In this document: piece by piece, positions 9,349 through 18,802 of the stretch
Position numbering within the stretch: the stretch's first letter is position 1
Layout of the letters: each line of letters starts with the position of its first letter
Virus record (IMG/VR): IMGVR_UViG_3300017828_000001
Span: 1-57,903 of that record
Length of the DNA stretch: 57,903 nt
DNA from: a virus
Taxonomy: Duplodnaviria > Caudoviricetes
Strand: one strand, 5' to 3'
Made by a program: the position numbers and the translations under genes
The notes under the pieces: generated by a model
What the model was told of the DNA's origin: nothing
The model's input: only the letters and a program-made list of their open reading frames with translations
Database searches by the model: none

Positions 9349-10845
9349 ATGCCATTTGAACTATCCGAAGATACGTTAAACACAGACGAATGGGTCTTTG
9401 ATGAAAACGAAAACGGCGATGGTGTGATGACGCACAAATCGACTGGTGCAACAATTGTTTACAACTCGACAGAAAACCAGTGGGAACCGAGTGGTGGAAT
9501 CAAGACGCCTGCTCTCGAAGCAGACGAAGTGAATAACGTCGGTCACGACGACACCGATCTCCCCCAAACCCGCTCGCTGACGGTCGAAGACTGGGAGAGC
9601 GGGACGCTCGATACTGATGTGTGGGAAGGTGGCGCAGGTCAAGCAACTGTTCAAGATTCGGTGGTTGCTGATGGCTCGTACTCGTTAGCGTTGGAAAATG
9701 GTTCAATCCGTTCTGACACTGGGTTAAATTCTTATCCACAACGGGGAGACAAAATCACGTTCAAATTCTACGCTACTGATATTACTGCTATTGATTCTAA
9801 TATTAGTTTCTTTGATAATGGTAATGGCGACCGATATAGAGCATTTATAAACGATAGTAACATACAGATTTATGAGCGAGGTAATCTGTTGGGAACAACA
9901 AACTTCACAAATCAAGGTTACTCAAATACATGGCTTCGTGGCGAAATAGAAGTTGGTGAGGTAGACATTACTTTCTCTTTATATGTGGACGCTACTGATG
10001 AACTTATTGCTGACTTGACTGTCACTGATGACAGTTTCAGCTCTGGAGGTGTTGGGTTTGCTACCAATGTGTTAAGTGGTTCTCCTACAACATATTGGGA
10101 TTCAATCAGCGTTGAACGCCGTTCTCCAGAATACTTCGGTGAGACACAGAAGGGAACGACGGAGTTGGGCAACGAGGTAGTTCCGTCTGGTGGTATCAAT
10201 ACAGGCCCGCAAGAAGTCCCCGAAAACCATCCGAACTACCCACTGGTCAATCTGCCAGTTACCGACGACCTCAACGATGGGGACACGGTTGGCTACCACC
10301 TGAATGTTAACGAGGAGAACGTGGCAACGGTCGAAGCGGAAGCCGATGGTAACGGCGGAATCAAAAATCGAAAGCTGAAGGCCCCTGCTCTCGAAGCAGA
10401 CTCAGTAACGATAGGCGGCAAACTTTACGATTTTGACGGAATCATTGAAACCAGTGGAACTGATGCTGTCAACTATAGCGTTTCTGGCGATTTTAATGAA
10501 ATTGTGATTTTACCCGACCCCACTGAGGGGGCAGGGTTTGATGAATTGCAAGTCAACGGTGATTTTAACAACAATTACAATTATATTGACAACGCAGACA
10601 ATAAGACAACTGGATCGCCAGATTGGATCATACCCTTCAGCGGAGCGCGATTGCACCGCATCCAAATTACAGACGTTGGTTTTGAGGTGCAGATGTCACT
10701 AACCCCGAGCAAAGCAACCACGGGAGCAACTGTAGCAGGAGATAATGGTAATCTCGGAGGTAACGGAATCAATAGCTTAACATTTAGCGAATCAGGAGGC
10801 AACAACAGGAGTTATCGGGCGCTCGTTTATGGGAGGGAAATATAA
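9349..10845 (+). CDS. Mosaic fibre/adhesin-like virion protein with ConA-like domain
   Basis: Beta-rich; EDWESG...DDSFSSGGVGF...YWD module; repeated PALEAD linker; alternating GC- and AT-rich blocks. Confidence 0.65.
   Translation: MPFELSEDTLNTDEWVFDENENGDGVMTHKSTGATIVYNSTENQWEPSGGIKTPALEADEVNNVGHDDTDLPQTRSLTVEDWESGTLDTDVWEGGAGQATVQDSVVADGSYSLALENGSIRSDTGLNSYPQRGDKITFKFYATDITAIDSNISFFDNGNGDRYRAFINDSNIQIYERGNLLGTTNFTNQGYSNTWLRGEIEVGEVDITFSLYVDATDELIADLTVTDDSFSSGGVGFATNVLSGSPTTYWDSISVERRSPEYFGETQKGTTELGNEVVPSGGINTGPQEVPENHPNYPLVNLPVTDDLNDGDTVGYHLNVNEENVATVEAEADGNGGIKNRKLKAPALEADSVTIGGKLYDFDGIIETSGTDAVNYSVSGDFNEIVILPDPTEGAGFDELQVNGDFNNNYNYIDNADNKTTGSPDWIIPFSGARLHRIQITDVGFEVQMSLTPSKATTGATVAGDNGNLGGNGINSLTFSESGGNNRSYRALVYGREI
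9508..9525 (+). repeat. 18-bp direct repeat, copy 1 (internal dyad)
   Basis: cctgctctcgaagcagac, identical at 10384-10401. Confidence 0.9.
10384..10401 (+). repeat. 18-bp direct repeat, copy 2
   Basis: cctgctctcgaagcagac; 876 bp (292 codons) from copy 1. Confidence 0.9.
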
Positions 10846-11102
10846 TGACGAAAAAACGGTACGACTATAACGATGGGCAATTCGTTGACATTGGCAATTA
10901 TAACTCTAACAGGATTATGCCAACAGATAGCGATGATTTAGCCGAAGAATTATACACACGACTTGGAGAGCGATTTAAGATAAAATGGCCGTCTGATTCT
11001 ATGGCTGAGCCAATAGTCGATACTGATGATTTACCAAAAAATCTAACATTATCAGACATTGCTGATTCATTAAATCAAATGAAGAATGACAATATTCTTT
11101 GA
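10845..11102 (+). CDS. Hypothetical protein
   Basis: TAATG coupling; acidic. Confidence 0.65.
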   Translation: MTKKRYDYNDGQFVDIGNYNSNRIMPTDSDDLAEELYTRLGERFKIKWPSDSMAEPIVDTDDLPKNLTLSDIADSLNQMKNDNIL

Positions 11103-11155
11103 TTTTAGTAACAGTCGAAACGTGAGTACAACAAACTAACAACAGAAACAAACCA

Positions 11156-11836
11156 ATGACACAACGAACAATCAATCTGTACGACGGACTCGAAGCACTG
11201 TACTACTTCGACCCGACGTACTACGACGGGACAGCAGGCGAAATCAAAGACAAGAGCGGAAATGGTCGTCACGCAGTAGCCAGCGGAGGGCCGACTGTCG
11301 GTGTGGAAGGGCCTGACGACTTTGAGGCCACGAGTTTCGATGGAACTGATGATTCGTTTAATTTCGATGCTACGAAGCCTGTTGAACAGACGTTGTTTGC
11401 TGTCTTCAAAGCGACAGACGCAAACGCTAACACATCTAAAGATAGAGGATGGGTTATAGGCGGCCAGACTTCAAGCAGTGGAAGCGCATTGGGATTTAAT
11501 ACAACTGAAGAATTAACGTTTCAGACTTCATCAATTAATGACACAAATATAAAAGCTGCTATACCTGCTCAACAAGATAGATGGTATGCAGTAGTTGGGA
11601 GATTTGATGGTACAAATCTGAGCATTGTTAATCAAAACGGAGAGGTTGGCACAAACACACAGTCAGCAGATTATCAAAAGTTCAGCGGTGATAGGCTATA
11701 TATTGGTAAAAGAAATAGTAGTTTTGGTTGGTTTGGTGGGCAAATTGCTGCTGCTGGCAAATGGTCACGCGCCCTCTCCGATGCTGAAGCCCAACATCTC
11801 ACTAATCTTACAGCCCCACGGAGGCAACTACTATGA
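11156..11836 (+). CDS. LamG/concanavalin A-like domain protein
   Basis: GLEALYYFD..KDKSGNGRH..FDGTDD..WYAVVGRFDG..LYIG..FGGQI..WSRALS. Confidence 0.88.
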   Translation: MTQRTINLYDGLEALYYFDPTYYDGTAGEIKDKSGNGRHAVASGGPTVGVEGPDDFEATSFDGTDDSFNFDATKPVEQTLFAVFKATDANANTSKDRGWVIGGQTSSSGSALGFNTTEELTFQTSSINDTNIKAAIPAQQDRWYAVVGRFDGTNLSIVNQNGEVGTNTQSADYQKFSGDRLYIGKRNSSFGWFGGQIAAAGKWSRALSDAEAQHLTNLTAPRRQLL

Positions 11837-12288
11837 GCCACATTGACCTACGCTACACGGTTCAAGGGAGTATCGTTAGCTCGGACACAGACCTACTCGA
11901 CGCAATCGAGTCGGCCCTTCCAGCCGAAGGGGACGATATTCTCGGAAACGAGTACAATATCTCCCGAACGCAGATCGAAGACAGTCCAAACGAACGACTA
12001 TCTGCCCGCATGACGTTTACCGACGACCAGAAATTGAACCCGAAAGACGCAGCCCTCTCGCTGTTTAATCAGGTCAAATCACATGACCTCGCTGCGAAAG
12101 CCGATGGATGGGAGCTACAAGTCTACAAATCTCCCGAAGGAGCTGTCCGAGCGAGCAATGTCCGAGGGTGGTACGAAGAAGACGAATCGAGACAGCCGAC
12201 TCGGATAGATGAAGATGGTAACGGGGAATCGTATACCCCATCGATATTTGATCCGTCAAATCACGTTATTGAGTCGGCACAAAGTTAG
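11833..12288 (+). CDS. Hypothetical protein
   Basis: ATGA coupling; acidic. Confidence 0.7.
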   Translation: MSHIDLRYTVQGSIVSSDTDLLDAIESALPAEGDDILGNEYNISRTQIEDSPNERLSARMTFTDDQKLNPKDAALSLFNQVKSHDLAAKADGWELQVYKSPEGAVRASNVRGWYEEDESRQPTRIDEDGNGESYTPSIFDPSNHVIESAQS

Positions 12289-12553
12289 CAAGCGATCTAC
12301 AGTATCCACATTCATCGCCGTTTTTAGATTTTGTGCATGGTTCTTCTTCTGGTATTTCTATCATTCCGTTTTTAAAGTCTACCCATTCTTCATTCATGTG
12401 CGCTATTTTGGCAGCCCTCATTCCAAGACGACCAGCCATCGTAACAACAAATTTTGTATAGTTGCGATACTAACTATCGTCTATCTGTTCTATATCCATC
12501 ATTATTGTTTCAAACTCTTTTTCGCTCAACGCTTTTTTTGAGTGTCGGGCCAT
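12266..12553 (-). pseudogene. Tyrosine recombinase/integrase pseudogene (N-terminal fragment)
   Basis: MARHSKKALSEKEFE...DDS*YRNYTKFVVTMAGRLGMRAAKIAHMNEEWVDF...IEIP...CTKSKNGDECGYCR; in-frame TAG, truncated before the catalytic HxxR and Tyr. Confidence 0.8.
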
Positions 12554-12618
12554 ACGTTACATCTATTAGCATCACATAAATGTTTTTTGTTTTGGCTTGT
12601 TTTTTAAGCGAAAGAAAA

Positions 12619-12631
12619 ACTACTAATAACA
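12619..12631 (+). promoter_or_regulatory. Candidate late promoter motif ACTACTAATAACA
   Basis: 26 nt before ATG 12645. Confidence 0.65.
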
Positions 12632-12644
12632 CGAACAAAAATAA

Positions 12645-14921
12645 ATGGGTGACGTTATTCTCACGCACGACAGCGGTGTTAGTGCATTTGATCAAGCAAG
12701 TGGCGTTGTTAACAGCAATGACGACAGTGTGAATTTTAGTTGGGACGAGCAACACATTGTTCGAGTTGACGCACCCGCAGATTTGGAAGGTGCGTTTGAT
12801 ACTGATAAATTCTACAAAATTGCTGATGCAACAATTACTCGTCCAATCAAGCAGAAATACCGTGTCGGTGATTCAATAAAAACCTACAAAAAACCAGCAG
12901 AAGAACTACAGAAAGCTGCATGGTCGTTTGATAATTCCCCATACACCATTGACCACCCATCGACTGGCATGGTCAAAGACATTGACGACGTTGAAGCCTT
13001 TTGGAGAAACGCCCGTTACGACAACGATTCTGAACGACTGTTAGCTGACCTATACGTTCCAGTAACAAATGACAAAGCACTCAATTACATCGAAGAAAAC
13101 CAAGATGTTTCTGTTGGGTTTTACAATCGAGTGTATAGTGAGTACGATGGAAACACTGGCAACCTCACCGACGATGATGTAGACGGGTTCCAAGTTGACA
13201 TTTTTGGCAACCACGTTGCTGGTGTTGAGCGAGGCCGCTGCTCTGCTGAAAACGGTTGTGGATTAGACAGTGGTGAATATGGCAGCGTCGTAATGGAAGC
13301 CTCTCAAGACGCTCAGATTGGCTCACAATCGGTTTCTATTGACGAAGGGGGTATGGATTTATCTATTCCAGAATCGGCACAGCAAGCCGCTCAGAGCTTT
13401 TTGGATGCTGTTGAGGATGGAAAGGTTCCAGACAGTTGTGGTGGGCCAGACGGTACTGGTCGTCGTCGTGCTGGTATGTTTGCTGAAGGTGGTAAACTCT
13501 CACTTGAAACGTGGGTGACTGGTGGCACAGACGCCGTTGCGAACTGGCACCCACGTCACGAAGGTAACGAAAAATACGACGAGAGTGAGGTTGACACACC
13601 GTGGGAAGATTGTGGGTATGCGATGTTCAAAGCGTGGGGCGGTGAAGCGGCACGAAACAAAGCCGCCCGACTCAAAGAACAAGTTAAATCACAAGACGCT
13701 TCCACTATTTTTGAAGGAGAACAAAATATGAAACATGCATATACAGAAGGCGACATGGTGCGTTGGATGGCAGACGCCCGTGTTGCCCACAACCCCGAGG
13801 ATGAAGATGGGGTTATGATTGAGATTATGGATCGAAACGGTAATTCTACTGAAATGGTTACGACTGTCGATCCAGAACAGTTGCGAATGGCACAGATGAC
13901 CGATGCTGAAGACACCTACAATGAAGGCACAACCGTAACGTGGCAAGGTGGTGATGCAAAGGGCGAGATTATTGATTACAAATCTGATGGCTGTTACAGT
14001 GACCGCATTGATGGCGATATGGAAATTTGTGCTGGCGACAGTGTTGTGTATTTGATTGAAGAGGATGATGGGAAAACGGTTGCTCACAAACACGATACGC
14101 TAACAGTTCAGTCATCTGACGCCAGTGGACAACCGCCACGTGGTATCTACGAAGCAAGCGACGGAACGTGGTTTGCTGTTGCACCCGACGAGCATCCAGA
14201 TGACAACACAGACCACGTAGATGATGCAAAGTTCAACGTCGATACGTGTTCCGACGTTGGTGACGCATGGAAGCTACGTGGAAGCGGCGACATCAGTATT
14301 GAAGAAAGCACACTTGAAGACCGTATTCTTCGTGTTGCTGAAATGATGGATTGCGACATGCCTGACACTGCAATGGAGCAGATGGATGGCGAGTTAACAA
14401 CTACTAAAAATACAGAAGATAGTAACAATAATATGTCCGAATCATTTAATATTCCAGACTTGAGTGTTGACGCACTCGCAGAAAAGCACGAGGCTGTTGG
14501 TAGCCTCGTTGAACAGAACGACTCTCTTGAGTCCACCCTCAACGAGATTGAGACTGCATTTGACGAGGCTGAACACATTGCACTTGATGACGACGAGTGC
14601 GTGTGTGATGCTGTTGACGATCTCGTTGACGAACTTGATCAGAAGGCCGCTAAGGTCGAGGACTTGACTGATGAACTAAAGGAGTATCGTCAAGAAGAGA
14701 TTGACGAAAAACTTGATAATCTCACCGAACTCGGTGCAGACCGAGACGAGTGGGAAGACAAATCGCTTGATGCGATTGAAGAGGAAATTGAACGGCGTGA
14801 GGAAGTTCTTGACGCCGCTCCCGAAACGTCTGTCAAAGACGTTGATGATGGTGGCACCGAAACCAACACCGACTCCACGAGCCGAGGTAGCCGTGAGTTC
14901 GGTCGTGGATACGGAGCCTAA
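12645..14921 (+). CDS. DUF2213-type prohead protease fused to accessory domains and a C-terminal scaffold
   Basis: PYTIDHP, VSVGF, NHVAGVERGRC motifs; C-terminal acidic coiled coil; lies before the capsid genes. Confidence 0.82.
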   Translation: MGDVILTHDSGVSAFDQASGVVNSNDDSVNFSWDEQHIVRVDAPADLEGAFDTDKFYKIADATITRPIKQKYRVGDSIKTYKKPAEELQKAAWSFDNSPYTIDHPSTGMVKDIDDVEAFWRNARYDNDSERLLADLYVPVTNDKALNYIEENQDVSVGFYNRVYSEYDGNTGNLTDDDVDGFQVDIFGNHVAGVERGRCSAENGCGLDSGEYGSVVMEASQDAQIGSQSVSIDEGGMDLSIPESAQQAAQSFLDAVEDGKVPDSCGGPDGTGRRRAGMFAEGGKLSLETWVTGGTDAVANWHPRHEGNEKYDESEVDTPWEDCGYAMFKAWGGEAARNKAARLKEQVKSQDASTIFEGEQNMKHAYTEGDMVRWMADARVAHNPEDEDGVMIEIMDRNGNSTEMVTTVDPEQLRMAQMTDAEDTYNEGTTVTWQGGDAKGEIIDYKSDGCYSDRIDGDMEICAGDSVVYLIEEDDGKTVAHKHDTLTVQSSDASGQPPRGIYEASDGTWFAVAPDEHPDDNTDHVDDAKFNVDTCSDVGDAWKLRGSGDISIEESTLEDRILRVAEMMDCDMPDTAMEQMDGELTTTKNTEDSNNNMSESFNIPDLSVDALAEKHEAVGSLVEQNDSLESTLNEIETAFDEAEHIALDDDECVCDAVDDLVDELDQKAAKVEDLTDELKEYRQEEIDEKLDNLTELGADRDEWEDKSLDAIEEEIERREEVLDAAPETSVKDVDDGGTETNTDSTSRGSREFGRGYGA
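14433..14921 (+). CDS. Putative nested in-frame scaffolding protein
   Basis: In-frame ATG (MSESFNIPDL) preceded by ACTACTAAAAATAC at 14400-14413 and an A-rich leader. Confidence 0.5.
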   Translation: MSESFNIPDLSVDALAEKHEAVGSLVEQNDSLESTLNEIETAFDEAEHIALDDDECVCDAVDDLVDELDQKAAKVEDLTDELKEYRQEEIDEKLDNLTELGADRDEWEDKSLDAIEEEIERREEVLDAAPETSVKDVDDGGTETNTDSTSRGSREFGRGYGA

Positions 14922-14978
14922 TAAGGTTTTTCCTTTTAAGTAACCAACATACTACTAAACATACGAAACAGAACACTT

Positions 14979-15539
14979 ATGGCACTTGAATTTTACGTTG
15001 AGCAGGCCGACCGAAGCCCTCTATCTGGTATCGTTAATGAGGTCATCACTGCTGGTGAACTCATTAGCGATACTGGCTCTGGTGTTGACAAACTAACGTT
15101 TGCCGACAGCGGTGACGGTGCTGGCCTTGCTCGATACGACGCTACTGCATTTGCACGAGACTACGACGACGACATTCGTTCTCCACAGTACGAACCGAAT
15201 GACCCACAGCGTGAGCGGGCACAGTACCAGCCGCTTGAAGACAGTGCGATTGTGAAGATTCGCACTCCCGAAGACAACGGCACTGACCCCGCACCCGCCA
15301 TTGGTCACAAGACCACTGTTGGGATTGTAGACGCTTCCGCACTACAAGGAAGTGCTGACGAGTATCAAGGTCGGATTGTTGAAGAGGGGTACGACGACGG
15401 TACGACCACCTTTAACCGATCTAACAACAACTTCAAGGCGGTTGGAGTTGCATACCGACCAGCGAAACAGGCTGCTGACACTGTTACGGACTACGACTCG
15501 CCAGTTCGTACCATTCTATTCAGCGAGCTAAAGGAGTAA
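14979..15539 (+). CDS. Capsid decoration/minor capsid protein
   Basis: Between scaffold and MCP; ACTACTAAACA at 14951. Confidence 0.65.
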   Translation: MALEFYVEQADRSPLSGIVNEVITAGELISDTGSGVDKLTFADSGDGAGLARYDATAFARDYDDDIRSPQYEPNDPQRERAQYQPLEDSAIVKIRTPEDNGTDPAPAIGHKTTVGIVDASALQGSADEYQGRIVEEGYDDGTTTFNRSNNNFKAVGVAYRPAKQAADTVTDYDSPVRTILFSELKE

Positions 15540-15546
15540 ATAACTA

Positions 15547-16629
15547 ATGGCTACTACTTCATTCCATCACGAAGACGACTTTACCGAGATGGTTGCCCCC
15601 GACGAAGATGTGATGCTTGAGCGTGAGGGGCGCGACCGTCGTGGACTACGACGAGAATTGGCACCGCTGACCGAAATGGAACGCGGAACTCGAAAGATTG
15701 AGGAAGGCGACGGTATCTACGTTGACCCCAACAGCGACATGCCGACTGGCACCACTGGTGTCGGTGAGGTGCTTGGTAATGTTGACATTGTTCGCTACAC
15801 TGGCGACGAAGTTAACATTCCACGCATGACCCACGGCATGACTGTCGATGCTGAAGACTTGGAGCTTGGTCAGGCATCTGAAAAGGTCAGTCGTGGTCAA
15901 GACGCCGTTATGGAGATGTTTGACATTCAGGCTGACCTTCAATTCCTTCTCGGAATCACTGACGAGGAAGGCAACGAGGTTCAGCCCGCTGTCTTCCACT
16001 GGCTTGATGATAACATGCCGAGTGAGAATATCATCAACGCTGGTGACTACACCTCAAAGTATTCCATTGACAACGGACAGCCGTCTAACATTATTCAGCA
16101 AGTTGCCTACGGAAAAACCGAAGGTATCTACGCTGACGACGGATGGGACATGGCTGCGATGACGCACTCGGTTGACGCCCTCTGGAACACCATTGACGAT
16201 AACAGCGGCGTTTCGCTCAAGTCTCAATGGGCTGACCTCGGTGACGACACTCGTGGCGTTGGATCGAGTGTTGTTAACGACATGTTCAAACTGCCACGCT
16301 TCACTGGCCTTCGGACGGCACCAGACGCCAATGACACGCTTCAGTTTGATCTCCACGAAGAGGCACTCCCGACCGCCTCTAACGGGGCTGACGATGACGT
16401 GATGTACCTCATCCCCGACCACGGTGGGGACTTCTTCAGCGTCTACGAGCATCCCGAACCCACGCTCATCGAGGAACCCATCCGTAAGAACGGTGGGGCA
16501 CTCGAATACGAGTTCTACTGGCGGGCTGGACAGGCCTTTGGGTTCGGCAGCCACCAGACTGATGACGGTGCTGGCGGGTCGGTCGCTCACGACGCCATCA
16601 AGATTGAGAACGTCTCTGCACTCTTCTAA
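15547..16629 (+). CDS. Major capsid protein (HK97-type, by position)
   Basis: 360 aa; synteny; C-ending codon bias suggesting high expression. Confidence 0.8.
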   Translation: MATTSFHHEDDFTEMVAPDEDVMLEREGRDRRGLRRELAPLTEMERGTRKIEEGDGIYVDPNSDMPTGTTGVGEVLGNVDIVRYTGDEVNIPRMTHGMTVDAEDLELGQASEKVSRGQDAVMEMFDIQADLQFLLGITDEEGNEVQPAVFHWLDDNMPSENIINAGDYTSKYSIDNGQPSNIIQQVAYGKTEGIYADDGWDMAAMTHSVDALWNTIDDNSGVSLKSQWADLGDDTRGVGSSVVNDMFKLPRFTGLRTAPDANDTLQFDLHEEALPTASNGADDDVMYLIPDHGGDFFSVYEHPEPTLIEEPIRKNGGALEYEFYWRAGQAFGFGSHQTDDGAGGSVAHDAIKIENVSALF

Positions 16630-16640
16630 GGTGGCTATGT

Positions 16641-16802
16641 ATGGGCGACGACCTTTCCTATCGTGAAAAAGACGTTGATGAAACACTCAACGACCACGAT
16701 AGACGGATTACCAGACTTGAAATGGCTGGTCTTGTCGCCCTCGGTTGGGGTCTTGCTGAGAGTACGCAACTAACTGACGCACTGTTGTCAATAATTCTAT
16801 GA
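16641..16802 (+). CDS. Small protein with hydrophobic C-terminus (53 aa)
   Basis: MGDDLSYREKDVDETLNDHDRRITRLEMAGLVALGWGLA...; ATGA coupling to the next gene. Confidence 0.65.
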   Translation: MGDDLSYREKDVDETLNDHDRRITRLEMAGLVALGWGLAESTQLTDALLSIIL

Positions 16803-17221
16803 GTTTGCCACCATTCGCCATTACGTCTGACACTGAATTGGAAGAAGCGGTGCGTGATAAAACTTCGTATTCAGATACGGGAGACGAGTGGCCCGCTGCC
16901 CAAGCAGGTGGCAATCTTGAAGATGCAAAACGTGTACTCTATATGAAAACTGACTCGACTGAGTGGTACAGTGACGTTGCCTATGGGCAAGCGTTGGTGG
17001 CGATGACGGCAATGAAGGCAAAAGAAGCTGTCGAAAACATCAACATTGACTCATACGGCATTGGTGACGAGTCACTCAGTTTCAGCAATGCCGACCCCGA
17101 AAGTTCACAACAGATTCAATCGTGGTCGAGTGAAGTTAACGAAGGGCTTGCAGAATCCAAAGTTAACTTTACGAAAAAGCAAGACCTTCAACTCCGCAAC
17201 ACGTCGTCATATATTGGATAA
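16799..17221 (+). CDS. Head-tail adaptor (by position)
   Basis: Helical 140-aa protein after the MCP. Confidence 0.6.
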   Translation: MSLPPFAITSDTELEEAVRDKTSYSDTGDEWPAAQAGGNLEDAKRVLYMKTDSTEWYSDVAYGQALVAMTAMKAKEAVENINIDSYGIGDESLSFSNADPESSQQIQSWSSEVNEGLAESKVNFTKKQDLQLRNTSSYIG

Positions 17222-17623
17222 ATGAGATCAACAGGCATCCCACGGTCAAAAGGACTTATTGGCATCAGGCGCATTATCGGTTCTCGAACGCGCTCTGTGA
17301 CTGTCAAACGTCCGTCAACCTCAACTGGTTCGTTGGGTGAGACTGATACAGACTCAACTGACAATCACACTGAACACATTTGGCTGTTTGAACCCAACGA
17401 AAGTATTTCCAGTGAGATAACTGGTGAACGACTTGACGGAAGTTTGGGTGGCCTTGTTGTGGCTGACGGAAGTGTTGATGTCCAACACAACGACCGTGTT
17501 GTGCATGGCGGTGTCGAGTACGAGGTCGATACGATTGTCGGCCATCCTGAAGACGCTGAACCAGATGGCACTGCAAGTCCTAACACAGATTTTTGGCACA
17601 TTACATTTAACCGACGACAATGA
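17222..17623 (+). CDS. Head closure protein (SPP1 gp16-like)
   Basis: VTVKR...NDRVVHGGVEYEV beta pattern; synteny. Confidence 0.7.
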   Translation: MRSTGIPRSKGLIGIRRIIGSRTRSVTVKRPSTSTGSLGETDTDSTDNHTEHIWLFEPNESISSEITGERLDGSLGGLVVADGSVDVQHNDRVVHGGVEYEVDTIVGHPEDAEPDGTASPNTDFWHITFNRRQ

Positions 17624-18243
17624 CAACACGAGTCAATCTTTCACACAACGTTGATGATGTCATTAGTGGCATTGATGATGTGAAAGATGATCTTCGTGCT
17701 GAACTCCGTAAGCGTCTCGGTGCTGCAATGAATGTGTTGTGGCAAGACGTTCGTGCCAACATCCGACACGACCCTCACCACACTGGAAACTTGCTACGGT
17801 CGATCCAACGAGAGACGAACGTTGGCTACGACGAACTTGAGTTTACTGTTGGCGTCCGTGGAAAAATGTTAGATTATGCAGCCATTGTTGAGTACGGGAG
17901 TGGTGAACGGACAAACAATGCTCCAATGGTTGCCAACTTAGCTGAGTGGGATTACCCGCCTAACTTCCCATACGAGTCACCAGATATTGACTACAATCAA
18001 GACAACCCTATTGACACTGAAGGATTCCCAAAGTTCTTTGGATTTTTGAAACACATCGAACACTGGATGAAGACCAAGCCAATTCAACCAGAGTACGGTA
18101 ATTATTTTGTGTCGGCGGCGTATATTGCAGCAACAATTATTGAGAAAGGTAACTTTGCTCACCCATACCTTCGACCAGCATGGTTCCGTCAAGAACCTAA
18201 CATTAAGCAAGCAGCGAAACACGCTGTTAAGAGGGCAGTCTAA
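17620..18243 (+). CDS. HK97 gp10-like neck/tail component
   Basis: TGNLLRSI, YAAIVEYG, AHPYLRPAW. Confidence 0.85.
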   Translation: MTTRVNLSHNVDDVISGIDDVKDDLRAELRKRLGAAMNVLWQDVRANIRHDPHHTGNLLRSIQRETNVGYDELEFTVGVRGKMLDYAAIVEYGSGERTNNAPMVANLAEWDYPPNFPYESPDIDYNQDNPIDTEGFPKFFGFLKHIEHWMKTKPIQPEYGNYFVSAAYIAATIIEKGNFAHPYLRPAWFRQEPNIKQAAKHAVKRAV

Positions 18244-18800
18244 TGGCGACGAGACGCGACGTTCGTGAGGCATTTTACGCTGAACTTGCTTCGGCTGCTG
18301 CTGGTTACGACGTGACTGTGACACAAGAGCAGCCGAATTTAGAAGAAGACCTACCAGCGTTGAAACATAACGACCTGTATCGTGAAGTGACGTTGAATCG
18401 AGGCAACGCGCCAACGTCGGTCACGACTGACGCTGATGGGGAACAAGAATACACGTACTCGTCACAGATGGAAGCGCAGTTCACATTGACAATTGTGGCT
18501 GCTGACGAGCAAAAAAAAGAAGATTTATACGAGCAAGTCCGATCATATTTTGAAGCATATACGCATCCGATCAAAGATGCATCAGATTTGCAGATGGACG
18601 TATATCACATTGAAGTTGGTGATTCTGAACCCAACGACATGCTTGAGCGTTCACCCCGTGCGAGAGCAGACACGTTGACGGTTAACGTGTTTTTTGAACG
18701 AATGTTTACTGAAGATGTTGACCCGACCACCGACGTTGTTCAGAACGTTGATTCTGACAACGATGGAACAATAGACGAAACATACACAACAACACAATAA
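18243..18800 (+). CDS. Tail terminator/completion protein
   Basis: Position before the sheath gene. Confidence 0.6.
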   Translation: MATRRDVREAFYAELASAAAGYDVTVTQEQPNLEEDLPALKHNDLYREVTLNRGNAPTSVTTDADGEQEYTYSSQMEAQFTLTIVAADEQKKEDLYEQVRSYFEAYTHPIKDASDLQMDVYHIEVGDSEPNDMLERSPRARADTLTVNVFFERMFTEDVDPTTDVVQNVDSDNDGTIDETYTTTQ

Positions 18801-18802
18801 TT

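Noticed and set aside
5920-11200. Further ctcgaagca matches (about 5922, 6192, 11189) as recombination sites
   Set aside because: Short matches explained by Leu-Glu-Ala codons; they lack the full dyad arms
9349-12288. Diversity-generating retroelement acting on the adhesins
   Set aside because: No reverse transcriptase and no template/variable repeat pair with adenine-specific mismatches
16054-16686. Long antisense ORFs (also 21450-22019, 49165-49707 and others)
   Set aside because: Shadow frames caused by codon bias in the real genes
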